A stretch of 59,256 nucleotides of DNA, filler included. It is 4 parts of 4 records of this genome, joined end to end, with 100 filler letters (N's around TTAATTAATTAA, not from the genome) between each part and the next. Parts side by side here need not be neighbours in the genome. Positions count along the whole stretch, not along the records: positions 1 to 23,322 come from SRR20825019_367; positions 23,423 to 44,938 come from SRR20825019_369; 2 more parts are not named here. One strand, 5' to 3'. The notes beneath the pieces are model-generated. The model saw only the letters and a list, made by a program, of their open reading frames with translations. It did not search any database and was not told where the DNA came from. Both the position numbers and the translations under genes were made by a program. Numbering within the stretch: the first letter of the stretch is position 1; every line of letters starts with the position of its first letter. Below, piece after piece: positions 18,931 through 29,184 of this stretch.

Positions 18931-20276
18931 GCCACCAGCGCCGCCTCGGGCGGCGCAAGGGTGATGCGGCCGGAGGGATTGGGGACTGTCCAGGGCCGGG
19001 GCAGCGACCCCATGGCCTCGGCGGCCGCAAGGCCTGATTGCAGGCCATCCTCGTGGAAGCCGCGACCGAAATGGGCGCCTGCAAAAAAGGTGCGGTTCTG
19101 GCCCTGGATCTGCCAGAGATTGTCCTGGGCATGGATGGCAGCACTGTCGAACAGGGGATGGGTATATTCGAAGCGCGCAATCTCCTGCTGCGGGTCGGCC
19201 GGCGGATTGAGAGTCACGAAGAGATCGCGTCCTTCCAGGCTCTGCAGCCGGTTCATCCAGTAGCTGACACAGAGCTGGTTTGCCGACGAAATGTGGTCGG
19301 TCGAGATATAGTTCCAGCAACACCAGACCTTGCGGCGGCGCGGCATATAGGTCGCATCGGCATGCAGCACTGCAGTGTTTGTAGTGTAGGAGAAGGCCCC
19401 GAGCAGCTCGCGTTCCGCTTTGCTGGGCGCATCAAGCATGTCCAGAGCCTGATCGGCATGGGTGGCAATCAGGATGGCGTCAAACTGATCCACCTGGCCG
19501 GTGCGGGCGGTGACAGTGACCCCGGCGGCATCGCGCGCCACCTTGGCGATGGGTGTGGAGAGCCGCAATTGCCCGGCAAATTCCTGCAGCAGCGCGCCCA
19601 CATAGGCGCGACTGCCTCCAGCGACGGTGCGCCAATTGGGGCGCTCCCACAATTGCAGCAGACCGTGGCTTTCAAAGAAGCGGACAAAGGCAAACAGCGG
19701 ATAGGCGCGAATATCCTCGGCCTTGGACGACCAGATCGCCGCCGCCATCGGCAGCAGATGCCCCTCGACGAAGGAGCGCGAATAGCGTTGGGCCCGCAGA
19801 TATTCGTCCAGCGTCAGGCCGCGCATGGCCGGCTGATGCAGCGCCTTGGGGGCTTCACGGTAAAAGCGCAGCAGATCGCGAAACAGGCTCCAGAAGCGCG
19901 GACGGAAGGCGTTGCGGCGCTGCGCCAGCATGCCCGAAAGCCCTTCCCCGCAATATTCAAATGTCCCGCGATCGAGCGAGGCGGCAAAGGACATTTCGGT
20001 GGGAATGCTGCCAACACCGAGATGGGCCAGCAAGGCCTGGAAGTTGGGGTAGTTCTTGTCGTTATAAACAATAAAGCCCGTATCGACCGGGCCAGTGCCG
20101 GGCACATCAATTGTGTTGGCATGACCTCCGGGCCGATCTTCGGCCTCATAAAGGACCACGTCGTGGCTCTTGGAGAGCAGCCAGGCCGCCGACAGGCCGG
20201 AAACGCCGCTGCCGACAACTGCAATACGCTGCCGCGTGGCGGGTGAGCCTGAAAATCCAGTGGCGGCGTGATACAT
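18927..20276 (-). CDS. FAD-dependent oxidoreductase COG2907 (UfaD/RSP_1091-like)
   Basis: GSGVSGLSAA, GGHANT, VDTGFIVYN, PMAAAIWS, YWMNRLQ, YTHP, GFHEDG. Confidence 0.92.
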   Translation of the reverse strand: MYHAATGFSGSPATRQRIAVVGSGVSGLSAAWLLSKSHDVVLYEAEDRPGGHANTIDVPGTGPVDTGFIVYNDKNYPNFQALLAHLGVGSIPTEMSFAASLDRGTFEYCGEGLSGMLAQRRNAFRPRFWSLFRDLLRFYREAPKALHQPAMRGLTLDEYLRAQRYSRSFVEGHLLPMAAAIWSSKAEDIRAYPLFAFVRFFESHGLLQLWERPNWRTVAGGSRAYVGALLQEFAGQLRLSTPIAKVARDAAGVTVTARTGQVDQFDAILIATHADQALDMLDAPSKAERELLGAFSYTTNTAVLHADATYMPRRRKVWCCWNYISTDHISSANQLCVSYWMNRLQSLEGRDLFVTLNPPADPQQEIARFEYTHPLFDSAAIHAQDNLWQIQGQNRTFFAGAHFGRGFHEDGLQSGLAAAEAMGSLPRPWTVPNPSGRITLAPPEAALVA

Positions 20277-20303
20277 GTTCGAAGTCCCAATTGTTTGAGT
20301 CAG

Positions 20304-20330
20304 ATACGTCTGTGCGGCAAGGATGGATCA
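20304..20330 (-). promoter_or_regulatory. RpoE (ECF11) promoter for the ufaD-ufaO-like operon
   Basis: Minus strand TGATCC-N16-CGTAT. Confidence 0.8.
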
Positions 20331-20388
20331 ACCGCCGGGACAATATTTTTGGCCAATTTGGTCCGGACAGATTTTTTGCATCCGTCCA

Positions 20389-20415
20389 TGATCCACCAGA
20401 CGCGGGCTGGCGTAT
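20389..20415 (+). promoter_or_regulatory. Autoregulatory RpoE (ECF11) promoter of rpoE-chrR
   Basis: TGATCC (20389-20394)-N16-CGTAT (20411-20415). Confidence 0.8.
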
Positions 20416-20524
20416 TTGGGGCATGTCACTTGCGATTTACCCACTTGCCGGACCATGCGAGGATGCTGCCAGACCACAGCGCCGCCGCCTTGCCGTGCCC
20501 GCGCCAAAACAGGGCCAGAAACGC

Positions 20525-21097
20525 ATGACGCATCGGACAGACGCCGCCGCACCGCCGACAGAGACCGGCGCCCAGATTGTGGCGATAGCCGCCCGTGCCG
20601 ACATGGCGGCGTTCGAGGCGCTGTTCAAGGAATTCAGCCCGCGTATCCGGGCCTATCTGCTCAAACTGACCCGCGACGGTCAGGCCGCGGAAGATCTGAT
20701 GCAGGAAACCATGCTGGCGATCTGGCGCAAGGCGGGGCAATTCGACCCGGATCGCGGCCAGGCCTCGGCCTGGATCTTCACCATCGCCCGCAATATCTGG
20801 ATCGACGCGTGGCGCAAGCAGAAGCGGCCGGCTTTCGACCCCGACGACCCGGCCCTGGTGCCGCCGCCCGAACCGGACGCGCCGGACCTGCTCGAACAAA
20901 AACAAAGTGGCGCGGCGCTGCATGAGGCGCTCAAGACATTGCCACAAGAACAGGTGGAACTGATCCGCCTCTCCTTTTTCGACGAAGACTCGCACAGCAC
21001 CATCGCCGCCCGCACCGGGCTACCGATCGGAACCGTGAAATCGCGCATCAGACTGGCCTTCGGACGCCTTCGCGCGGCGCTGGAGGAATTGAAATGA
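20525..21097 (+). CDS. rpoE: ECF sigma factor RpoE (ECF11, ChrR-paired)
   Basis: AEDLMQETML, WIFTIARN, GLPIGTVKSRIRLA; ATGA overlap with chrR; alternative in-frame ATG at 20423. Confidence 0.9.
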   Translation: MTHRTDAAAPPTETGAQIVAIAARADMAAFEALFKEFSPRIRAYLLKLTRDGQAAEDLMQETMLAIWRKAGQFDPDRGQASAWIFTIARNIWIDAWRKQKRPAFDPDDPALVPPPEPDAPDLLEQKQSGAALHEALKTLPQEQVELIRLSFFDEDSHSTIAARTGLPIGTVKSRIRLAFGRLRAALEELK

Positions 21098-21741
21098 ACA
21101 TTCATCACCATCTCAACGACGACCTGCTTCTCGACTATGCCGCCGGCACGCTTTCCGAAGGGTGGTCGCTGGCTGTTGCCTGCCATCTGGCGATGTGCCC
21201 GCAATGCCGCGACCAACTGGCGCTGGCCGAAGCCACCGGTGGCGCGCTGCTCGAAGAGCTGGCGCCAGTCGAAGGGCCTGCCGATAGCTGGGAGACCCTC
21301 AAGACCCGGATGGCCGCAGCGCCGCAGGACAAGGCGGCGCCGGTTGCGCGCCCCGCCAGCGCCACTATCCCCGAGCCGCTGCGCAGCTATCTGGGCGGCG
21401 ATCTGGATACCATCAAATGGCGCAATCTGGGCAATGCCAAGCAGATCCTGATCAAGACCGGCGACCCGACCACGCAGGCCCGGCTGCTGTGCATTGCCGC
21501 TGGCAAGCCGGTGCCGGAGCACAGCCATGGCGGGCGCGAGCTGACCGTGGTGCTCAAGGGCAGTTTCCACGACGAGGTCGACCGCTTCGGCCCCGGCGAT
21601 ATCGAGGATGCCGATGGCTCGCTGACCCACCAGCCGGTGGCGGATACGGATCAGGACTGCATTTGCCTGGCCATTACCGATGCACCGCTGAAATTCTCCA
21701 GCCGTCTTGTGCGCCTGGTGCAGCCTATTCTGGGAATCTGA
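21094..21741 (+). CDS. chrR: Anti-sigma factor ChrR
   Basis: HH...YAAGTL...HLAMCPQC zinc anti-sigma motif plus cupin PEHSHGGRELTVVLKGSF...HQP...CICL. Confidence 0.95.
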   Translation: MNIHHHLNDDLLLDYAAGTLSEGWSLAVACHLAMCPQCRDQLALAEATGGALLEELAPVEGPADSWETLKTRMAAAPQDKAAPVARPASATIPEPLRSYLGGDLDTIKWRNLGNAKQILIKTGDPTTQARLLCIAAGKPVPEHSHGGRELTVVLKGSFHDEVDRFGPGDIEDADGSLTHQPVADTDQDCICLAITDAPLKFSSRLVRLVQPILGI

Positions 21742-21750
21742 GGAGGGGAT

Positions 21751-22167
21751 ATGTTCGGCTTTTCACTGCTGACGGTGCTGGCGGCCTATGGCGGTACGGC
21801 GCTGGTGTTCTTCGGGATCGACTTCCTCTGGCTCACCGTATTGGGCATCGGCTTTTATCGAGCCGAGATCGGCGATCTGCTGCTTGAGCAACCCAACCTG
21901 CTGCCGGCGGCGCTGTTCTATTTGTTTTATGTCGCCGGCCTTGTCGGCTTTGCCATTCTGCCCGCGCTCAATGCCGGAAGCTGGCTCTGGGCTTTGCTGG
22001 CCGGGGTGGCGCTGGGGCTGTTGGCCTATGGCACCTATGACATGACGAACTTGTCGACCCTCAAGGGCTGGAGCCTGCAGATCAGCCTGATCGACCTGGC
22101 CTGGGGCGGGTTCCTGTCGGGCATTTCGGCCCTGGCCGGATATTGGGTGGCCAAGCTCACGACTTAA
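21751..22167 (+). CDS. DUF2177 membrane protein
   Basis: IDFLWL, FYLFY, YGTYDMTNLSTLKGW, IDLAWG. Confidence 0.88.
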   Translation: MFGFSLLTVLAAYGGTALVFFGIDFLWLTVLGIGFYRAEIGDLLLEQPNLLPAALFYLFYVAGLVGFAILPALNAGSWLWALLAGVALGLLAYGTYDMTNLSTLKGWSLQISLIDLAWGGFLSGISALAGYWVAKLTT

Positions 22168-22892
22168 CCCCGCATCCGCGCGGTAATCGCAAACGCCAGC
22201 CAGTGCGGCAAAACGCCGAGGAGTTTGAGCGGCCAGATCAGGCGGCGGGGGAAGGCGATTTCAAAGCTCTTGCCGTCCAGCCCCTTGAGAATGCGGGTCG
22301 CAGCCTGTTCCGGTTCCATCAGGCCCGGCATGGCGAAATCATTCTTGTCGGTGAGCGGCGTGCGCACGAAGCCGGGGGTGACCAGGCGCACATCGACCTT
22401 GGGCCACAGTTCGCTGCGCAGCGACTGGGTGAAATTGACGATGCCGGCCTTGGTGGCCGAATAGGCCTGGCCATTGGGCAGGCCGAAAATCGCGGCGGCC
22501 GAGCCGAACAGCACCAATTGCCCACCGGGCCGGATATGCTGGGCGCCGATCTGGGCGATGTTGAAAGTGCCGGTCAGATTGACCGCGAACACTTTTGCCG
22601 CCTGGTCCGGATCGGCCTTGCTGACCGGGCCTGGATCATAGATGGCGGCGGTGGAGACGATGCGGTCGAACGGACCGTGCTGGGTGGCGGCCTCAACCAG
22701 GCTGTCCCGGTCGATGGCGTCGGCGACAACGGCATGATGGCCGGGGCCGATGCGCTCAAGCGCGGCATCGAGCGCGTCGCGGTTGCGGCCGGAGATGACC
22801 ACCAGGGCGCCGCGCGCCGCATAGGCCTTGGCCATGGCCTCGCCAATGCCGCTCGACCCGCCGATGATCCAGATTTTTTCGTTGCTCGCCAC
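22164..22892 (-). CDS. Short-chain dehydrogenase/reductase
   Basis: GGSSGIG, YSATK, PGFVRTPLTDKNDFAMP; GTG start with AGGAG RBS. Confidence 0.92.
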   Translation of the reverse strand: MASNEKIWIIGGSSGIGEAMAKAYAARGALVVISGRNRDALDAALERIGPGHHAVVADAIDRDSLVEAATQHGPFDRIVSTAAIYDPGPVSKADPDQAAKVFAVNLTGTFNIAQIGAQHIRPGGQLVLFGSAAAIFGLPNGQAYSATKAGIVNFTQSLRSELWPKVDVRLVTPGFVRTPLTDKNDFAMPGLMEPEQAATRILKGLDGKSFEIAFPRRLIWPLKLLGVLPHWLAFAITARMRG

Positions 22893-22925
22893 TGCGTTGG
22901 GCTCCTGTCTTGTGCTTGCTAGGAG

Positions 22926-22952
22926 ATACGCAGACGCAGCGGGGATGGATGC
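22926..22952 (-). promoter_or_regulatory. Probable third RpoE promoter (SDR gene)
   Basis: Minus strand GCATCC-N16-CGTAT, same spacing as the two canonical sites. Confidence 0.55.
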
Positions 22953-23065
22953 AGGGGACGGGGAAGAAATGTGGGGGGCGTGCGGAGATGGCCATACGAA
23001 CCAGGTTCGGATGGCTTTGCTGGCGGCGTCGCCATTCAAGCGTAGCTCTCATGGCCTGCCTTCCT

Positions 23066-23170
23066 AAAATCTCTCCACTGGAGAGATTTTGCCTGACGGC
23101 ACGTCAGGCAGATCCGGAGACAGATTGCGTCTCGGATATTTTTTATATGAGACGAAACCTGTCTCCGGAG
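23066..23170. repeat. Cluster of palindromes (REP-like)
   Basis: AAAATCTCTCCACTGGAGAGATTTT; GCCTGACGGCACGTCAGGC; TCCGGAGACAG...CTGTCTCCGGA enclosing CGTCTC...GAGACG. Confidence 0.55.
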
Positions 23171-23322
23171 CCGGATTTCTATTGGATTTGTCGTCCCCAT
23201 TGATCGCTCGTCGCAGGGCGGCGCGTGTCCAACCCGCGGGTGATGCGCACACCCGCGACCGGCTCACCCCTTGCTTCAGTCGCATGCTGACTGCCCGTGC
23301 GGGGTGATGGGTTCAGATTAAT

Positions 23323-23422
23323 NNNNNNNNNNNNNNNNNNNNNNNNNNNNNNNNNNNNNNNNNNNNTTAATTAATTAANNNNNNNNNNNNNNNNNNNNNN
23401 NNNNNNNNNNNNNNNNNNNNNN
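23323..23422. other. Artificial contig linker
   Basis: 44 N + TTAATTAATTAA (stops in all six frames) + 44 N. Confidence 0.99.
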
Positions 23423-23809
23423 AGAATCATGCCACTAGACCAAGCGGCCACTTTTCTTCGCAATGACAGCACTAAATAGATATTTATAATTAATTAAATG
23501 AGTCACGTTGGTCCATGCGTAGGGGTAACCTGGCTCAGCCCGGCGCGAGCCAGCTGTGCTCGGAGTGGCGGCAGCCAAAAACCACTATGATGGAGGGACG
23601 ATCTCTCGAGCCTCCCCCGTTCAACAGTACCTCGGGCCTGGCTACCGGGGCGGGGCCAGGCTCCGGGTTCTGAACCGGAACGCCAAACGTGCCGCGCTGG
23701 AGGAGGCTGGCCGATCCCGCGGGGACGTTATGCCGCACAAATAAATGCGCCACCAAACTCTAAGCGATATCACAGCAGTGCAACTTGGAATAGCCTGCAG
23801 CTCGCTAAG

Positions 23810-26035
23810 ATGATCTCGCAAGAGGAAGTAGACCCCCCCGATGAGGAGTCTCGCTTACTTGATCAGAATGGCGAAGCTGATAATGGTGAGCCAGACCAAG
23901 AAAGCCTACTCGATGATCGCTGTGTCCTGAATACTACTGGCTACTATCCACTATGTTTGGTATTCTGTGGAGGCGAGGCATCGAGTTCTCAGCGAAAGCT
24001 CATTATGAAAAAGTTTCGGGCTGCGGGGCTTCAATTCGGTAAACAGGTCAACTATAAAAAGGAGGTCTTAGTTCCCATGAGAGCTTCGTATGAGCACATG
24101 GAGAAGGAGGCTGCCAGCATTTCCATGGTCGTTCCTGTTCGTCCCGACTCGACATACTCGCACTTGAATGAAATGCCGTATCATCCCCACCTGCATGATG
24201 AGTACTTAAGAAGCGAAAGGGGAAACCTTATGCTTGGCTCTGGACGAGAGCAGTATTTGTGTTATAGGATTGTAAATCGGGTAGCGGATGAGTTGATTGA
24301 GGATCGAAGAAACAAAGTCCTGAAGGATATTTTTGCAGTTCACCATATGGAAGAGCTGAAAAAAATTAGAAAGCAGTCGTATGGGGCCATATACAAGCAG
24401 CCATACACTTCTATCGGAGCATACTTTGGTGAAAAGTTTGGCATATATTATCGCTTCTTGGACTTCTATACCCTGTCTTTGGTAATTCCTGCCGTAGTTG
24501 GAGTGATGGTATTCGGTGTTCAGTTCTTTCGAGGGTCGGACCATCCGATTTTGCTGTTATGGTCTTTGTTTATGATGTTCTATGCTCATATTTTCTTGAA
24601 GCGGTGGCGGATGGTTGCCTCTCAGTGTCGACTAGCCTGGGGGCTTGATGATTTTCGTGAGGATGAACACAGACGTATTCAGTTTTTGCTGAAGTCTTCT
24701 CCTGTCCTCTCTCCAATAAGTGGTGAACTGGAGCCCCATTACCCTAAATGGAAACGGAGGGCTGTGCAATTGCTCGTGGTCATGCCAGTCATTGTGATTT
24801 GTATTCTGGTTAACGCTCTAGTCGTGTACTCTCTCATGCGCCTCAGATTAGTAGTGGCAGAACATCATGTGGCATTTGGTTTCGGTGGTGATCTCTTGAA
24901 TGCTGTGACAATTCTTGTTATGAACGCTATCTACTTGAAAGTAGCGGTAATTTTGACCAACATGGAAGTTCACGAATATCAATTCGATTATGATAATAAT
25001 CTTATCGCAAAAGTCTTCGTACTCCAATTCTTCAATGTATACTCTTCTCTTTTCTACACTGCTTTTGTGAAAGGGAGATTCTCTGTGTTTGGATTCTATG
25101 AGGAATGTACCATTACTGATGGAAGCCCCAACTGCTTGTACGACGTGTCAACACAACTGATAACTTTGTTTGTGTCGATGATCTTTGTTTCAAACCTGAT
25201 TGAAGTGGTTCTACCATTCCTCAAGAGACTCTTGGTCATATGCTATCAGAAGTTTGTTAAGAGAAATGAACTGCCACCTCTTGTCAGAGAGTACAAATGC
25301 CCTGTTATTGATGATGGTGGCTTGCCCGCAACTTTTTCTGATTTTAACGAGTTGGTGGTGCAGTTCGGTTTCTTGACCATGTTCAGCGCTGCTTTTGCTC
25401 TTGGGCCTTTGATGGCTCTCATCAACAATGTGGTTGAAGTTCGTGTGGATTCTGTGAAGTTATTTCAAGCATTCAGGAGACCGAATACATTGCGGGCTCC
25501 TCATCTGGGCACATGGCGCACTCTGTTAGAGGTGTTTTCCTACTTGTCCACTTTTGTTAATTTATTGCTGTTAACATTCACTTCACGGAGAGGTATTAGC
25601 CAGATTCTGGAATGGTTCTTTGGTCCTGAAAAGGGCATGGAGCGAAACCTCATTGCCTTGGCCATATTGGAGCATGTTATTCTTTTCGTAGTATTGTTGT
25701 TCAAGCACTTCTACCCCGAGGAGTACAGTCAAGATTTTGTGGCCAGGAAAAAGAAGCAGTACACCATGAATAAGATCTATAGGGAGAGGGCACAAGAAGA
25801 TCTTCAGCTCGTTTTGGAAGGCCGCGAACAGGCAAACCTATCCAGGCAGCATAGTGATGTTGGGGTTGGCAGGTTGGGAAAAGTATTCAGCAAGGCGAAG
25901 GCTTTTGGCTCTGGACAGAAAGCGCACCAGAAGGACTTATCTAAGGGAATCGATACTGTTGGTGTTAGTTTACTCGGTGACAGTGCAGACGCCGCGATGG
26001 CAGAGGCGACAAAGCCATCTCATGAGAAAAGTTGA
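23810..26035 (+). CDS. Anoctamin/TMEM16 family channel-scramblase (eukaryotic, intronless)
   Basis: YFGEKFGIYYRFL, KVFVLQFFNVYSSLFY.AF, DFNELVVQFGF..MFS.AF.L.PL.ALINNVVEVRVD. Confidence 0.95.
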   Translation: MISQEEVDPPDEESRLLDQNGEADNGEPDQESLLDDRCVLNTTGYYPLCLVFCGGEASSSQRKLIMKKFRAAGLQFGKQVNYKKEVLVPMRASYEHMEKEAASISMVVPVRPDSTYSHLNEMPYHPHLHDEYLRSERGNLMLGSGREQYLCYRIVNRVADELIEDRRNKVLKDIFAVHHMEELKKIRKQSYGAIYKQPYTSIGAYFGEKFGIYYRFLDFYTLSLVIPAVVGVMVFGVQFFRGSDHPILLLWSLFMMFYAHIFLKRWRMVASQCRLAWGLDDFREDEHRRIQFLLKSSPVLSPISGELEPHYPKWKRRAVQLLVVMPVIVICILVNALVVYSLMRLRLVVAEHHVAFGFGGDLLNAVTILVMNAIYLKVAVILTNMEVHEYQFDYDNNLIAKVFVLQFFNVYSSLFYTAFVKGRFSVFGFYEECTITDGSPNCLYDVSTQLITLFVSMIFVSNLIEVVLPFLKRLLVICYQKFVKRNELPPLVREYKCPVIDDGGLPATFSDFNELVVQFGFLTMFSAAFALGPLMALINNVVEVRVDSVKLFQAFRRPNTLRAPHLGTWRTLLEVFSYLSTFVNLLLLTFTSRRGISQILEWFFGPEKGMERNLIALAILEHVILFVVLLFKHFYPEEYSQDFVARKKKQYTMNKIYRERAQEDLQLVLEGREQANLSRQHSDVGVGRLGKVFSKAKAFGSGQKAHQKDLSKGIDTVGVSLLGDSADAAMAEATKPSHEKS

Positions 26036-27667
26036 TCCACAGACGATGTAGTACGCAGTAGTTTCAGCACTAATTGCTTCGTCTGCTTCTCTCAGGCTCC
26101 GCGGCTTCCATAGCATCTTAGCTGGGTGCATATTTCCTGACGACATTAAGACATAAAAGATATATGTAATTCCCCGAGTTGTATCTCAACCAAACAACCG
26201 CGGTGACCTACACCATTATATGCCCGTGAAGAAGCATCCAGCTCAGTCCATCGTTGTCCCGCGCAGCGTTGCCCGTATGGAAAAAAAAGAAAAGCGATTT
26301 CTCTTTTCTCTCGGGGTCAATGAGGCACTCTTAACAATGTCATCTACTTGCGTGGAGCCTAGGATAATAGGCTTCTTCTCAAACTCACGAGGGATTACGA
26401 GGTCGGCCTCTCATTTCCTTTCCCTGTTTGAGTTCATACCCGTAGAACTTTTGATCGAAAAATCGCATACTATGGCTGGTGTTGGCCGGGGTGTGGTTGA
26501 CTTTGACAATGAAGCCATGTTCAAAGAATTATGCATCATGGTTGCTCATCTGGTTTGGTTGTAGAATGAAGCCAAGTCGGAGAGGAGAATGGTGGTTTTA
26601 ATTGATTTGGTTGGGCTAGAGAATGAAGCCAACTGCGATAGGTGTATTACTGCTAGAATTGATCTGATTTGGTTTACACTACCATCGATAATGCATCGTG
26701 CCGACTTGCATGGCTTCATCATACAACCAAGACTACATCAACCTTTAGTCCACAATGAAGGCAACGTTCCACACACTGCTGCGCGCTGCAGCTTATCAAT
26801 ACCAACTGACAAAGCCCAGTCAGTTTCTTGCAGCACAGCCTTACCACCTATCATTCATTCTCACAGCCACCTATCCATCATTCTACCGAGTCACAACAGT
26901 CAACTGAGTCCCTTCACTGACTGCAGCAAACTGAAGTCATTGATAGCGCAGAGAGGAAACTGATAACTCTATCTCCACTGTCACGGTACCATCACATCAG
27001 TGGAAAGCTGGCTGCCCACAGCGTGCTAACGGACAGGTTCATCATGCTCATAACGCTGCGGGGATAGGTGGGCGGGGTCCGGGGTGAGGGGTATCGGAAT
27101 GCCCCGTATAGGAAATTGTTTGAGGAACAAGTCTCCTGTAGCGGCTTTTCCCTTCACATTGGAGGGGAAGATATCATGAGATTTGCCGGATGTTGAAGAT
27201 TTTCAACAACGATTGATTGCCGGATGTCAATTAGAGAATTGGTTTTCCCCCTCACGACGACGCCATCCTGAAGGCGGGCCGGGGCCGGGGTGCCTAAGGG
27301 CCGGAGCGGCGGCACACGGCACGCGGCCCCGCGGGCCATGCGGTGCGAGTTTTGGTCGGCTTTAGGGGTGTGCGGTTGTTGGGAATGATGCAGCCCCCCA
27401 CCCACTGGAGAGTGCGGCCCCCGAGGCTTGCCTCATCAGGCCCACGACCGACACATGGAGCTGGGGGCAGCATGGTCCGCGGGCCTGGCCCCGCCTGGCA
27501 TTGATCATCGCCCAGTTCGGTCATCAGCATAGCCCGGCGGGATGATGTTTGGTTCCTTTCGACTAGTAGAGCTTGTGGAGACTTGGCTTCAAAATGCGTA
27601 GTGTATTTGATTCTACCACCTGAACACTACGGTGCAAGAGCGGACAAGCCGCTGTTGCGGCCTGGAA

Positions 27668-29184
27668 ATGGCGGAAGAAGCTGTTGACAAAGGACTAAAC
27701 CTGGAAAGTGGGGAGGTTTCCTGCGATGTTCCAGCTCCCGATTCTGGCACCAACGAAGAACCTAATCCAAAGCAGTCTGAGGAGACTTCTGTTGATAGGT
27801 TGGTCTCCTCCCATGAATATGTTTCAAAGCACTCATAGCCAATATTTTTCAGAGGCACCACAAGTGGCTCGGACGGTGGTCGCAAGATATTTGTTGGAGG
27901 GCTTCCGTGGGAGCTTACTGAAGATGGGCTAAAGAAACACTTTGAAGAGTTTGGTGAGGTTGGTGACGCGTTTGTCATGCGCCACCGGGCCACAGGAAAG
28001 CATAGAGGGTTTGGGTTCGTTATTTTCACTAAGAGTGAGGCGGCAGAAGCGGCTTCAAGAAAACAGCACACTATTCTCGGCAGGAATGTAGAAGTTAAGA
28101 TTGCAGTGAGTCGAGATGATATGAATAGAGAAGGAAAATCCGTGGATCCTCCAATAGTGAAAACGAAAAAAATTTTTGTTGGGGGACTCCCAACTACGGT
28201 AACGGATTCCATGATGAAAGATCACTTTGAGCAGTATGGTGAAGTTGTTGAGGCAACTGTTCAACTTAATCATGAGACGAAGCGGTCGCGGGGGTTTGGG
28301 TTCGTGGTCTTTGAGTCAGAGGCAACCGTAGATGATGTTTTGGCTGTGGGGCACAAGCTCGATGACAAGCTTGTCGAAGTGAAGAGGGCGGAGCCCAAGG
28401 GGCCAGGTGGACCGTTCATGCAAGGATGGGGGCCATCGATGCACCACAGGTAAGTGGCTCACAGTCACAACAAGAAGGCATGGGAACTGATTTATCTTTA
28501 GCCCTTATTTTCCTGGAGGACGTGGGGGTTGGCAGCACGGTGGACCGAGGGGGCCTTTCCGGGGGGGATACCACGGTGACCACTTTCCTCGTGGGGGTGG
28601 CTATGGCGGGCCGAGACGGGTTCCCCCTCCACACCCTTCCATGATGGGCGGAGTAGGACATCGAATGGACGGTGGCTATAGGCCATATGGAGACTACGGG
28701 GCACACCGGGGTGGACTTTACGGAAACAGGCCGGTTGGTACCTCGTACCCTCCATATGCACAGCCGATAGCGAATGCGATGGCTCCCGCTTATGGTATGG
28801 CCACAGCACAAGTCTCAGGTGTTTCTAATTTTAGAAACGGGTACGAACAGCACGCACAGTATGCGGCTGCGCCCACAAGTAGCACTGAATCGTACTATAC
28901 CAACTACGGGAGCCAGCCTTCGGTGGGTGGGCCCCTTGTTTCGTGGTGTTGTGTAACTAACTCTCAGAATCTCTCAGGCTCAATATCCTACGAATGCAGC
29001 CTATTCATATGCCGCTAACTATGGGGCCACGGTTGGATCTACACCAGCAACCGGCGTGGTAGCGCACCAACCAAATGCAATGAGTGCTTACACGAATACT
29101 GCTGGAACTGGAGCGGGTGGTGCGATGAGAGATCGGAGGCAGCAACCGGCGACCGCACGTTACAATCCTTATCAGCGACGATAG
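27668..29184 (+). CDS. Two-RRM RNA-binding protein, Hrp1/Musashi/hnRNP A/D-like (4 exons)
   Basis: Introns 27799-27852, 28450-28501, 28923-28977 (GT-AG) restore the frame; KIFVGGL and RGFGFV twice; Gly/Tyr-rich tail ending RYNPYQRR (PY-NLS-like). Confidence 0.9.

Noticed and set aside
23367-23378. TTAATTAATTAA palindrome recurring three times
   Set aside because: Part of the synthetic linker (six-frame stop), not a biological repeat.
23323-23810. Apparent bacterium-to-eukaryote junction suggesting horizontal transfer or endosymbiont insertion
   Set aside because: The junction is an artificial linker; nothing shows physical linkage.
26490-26730. Repeat-spacer-like periodicity resembling a CRISPR array
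   Set aside because: Copies are too degenerate, one is inverted, there are no cas genes and the context is eukaryotic; kept only as an unexplained repeat.
26950-27050. Minus-strand ATGATGA...CTGA suggesting a box C/D snoRNA
   Set aside because: No convincing terminal stem or second box pair, and no rRNA-complementary guide that I could identify.
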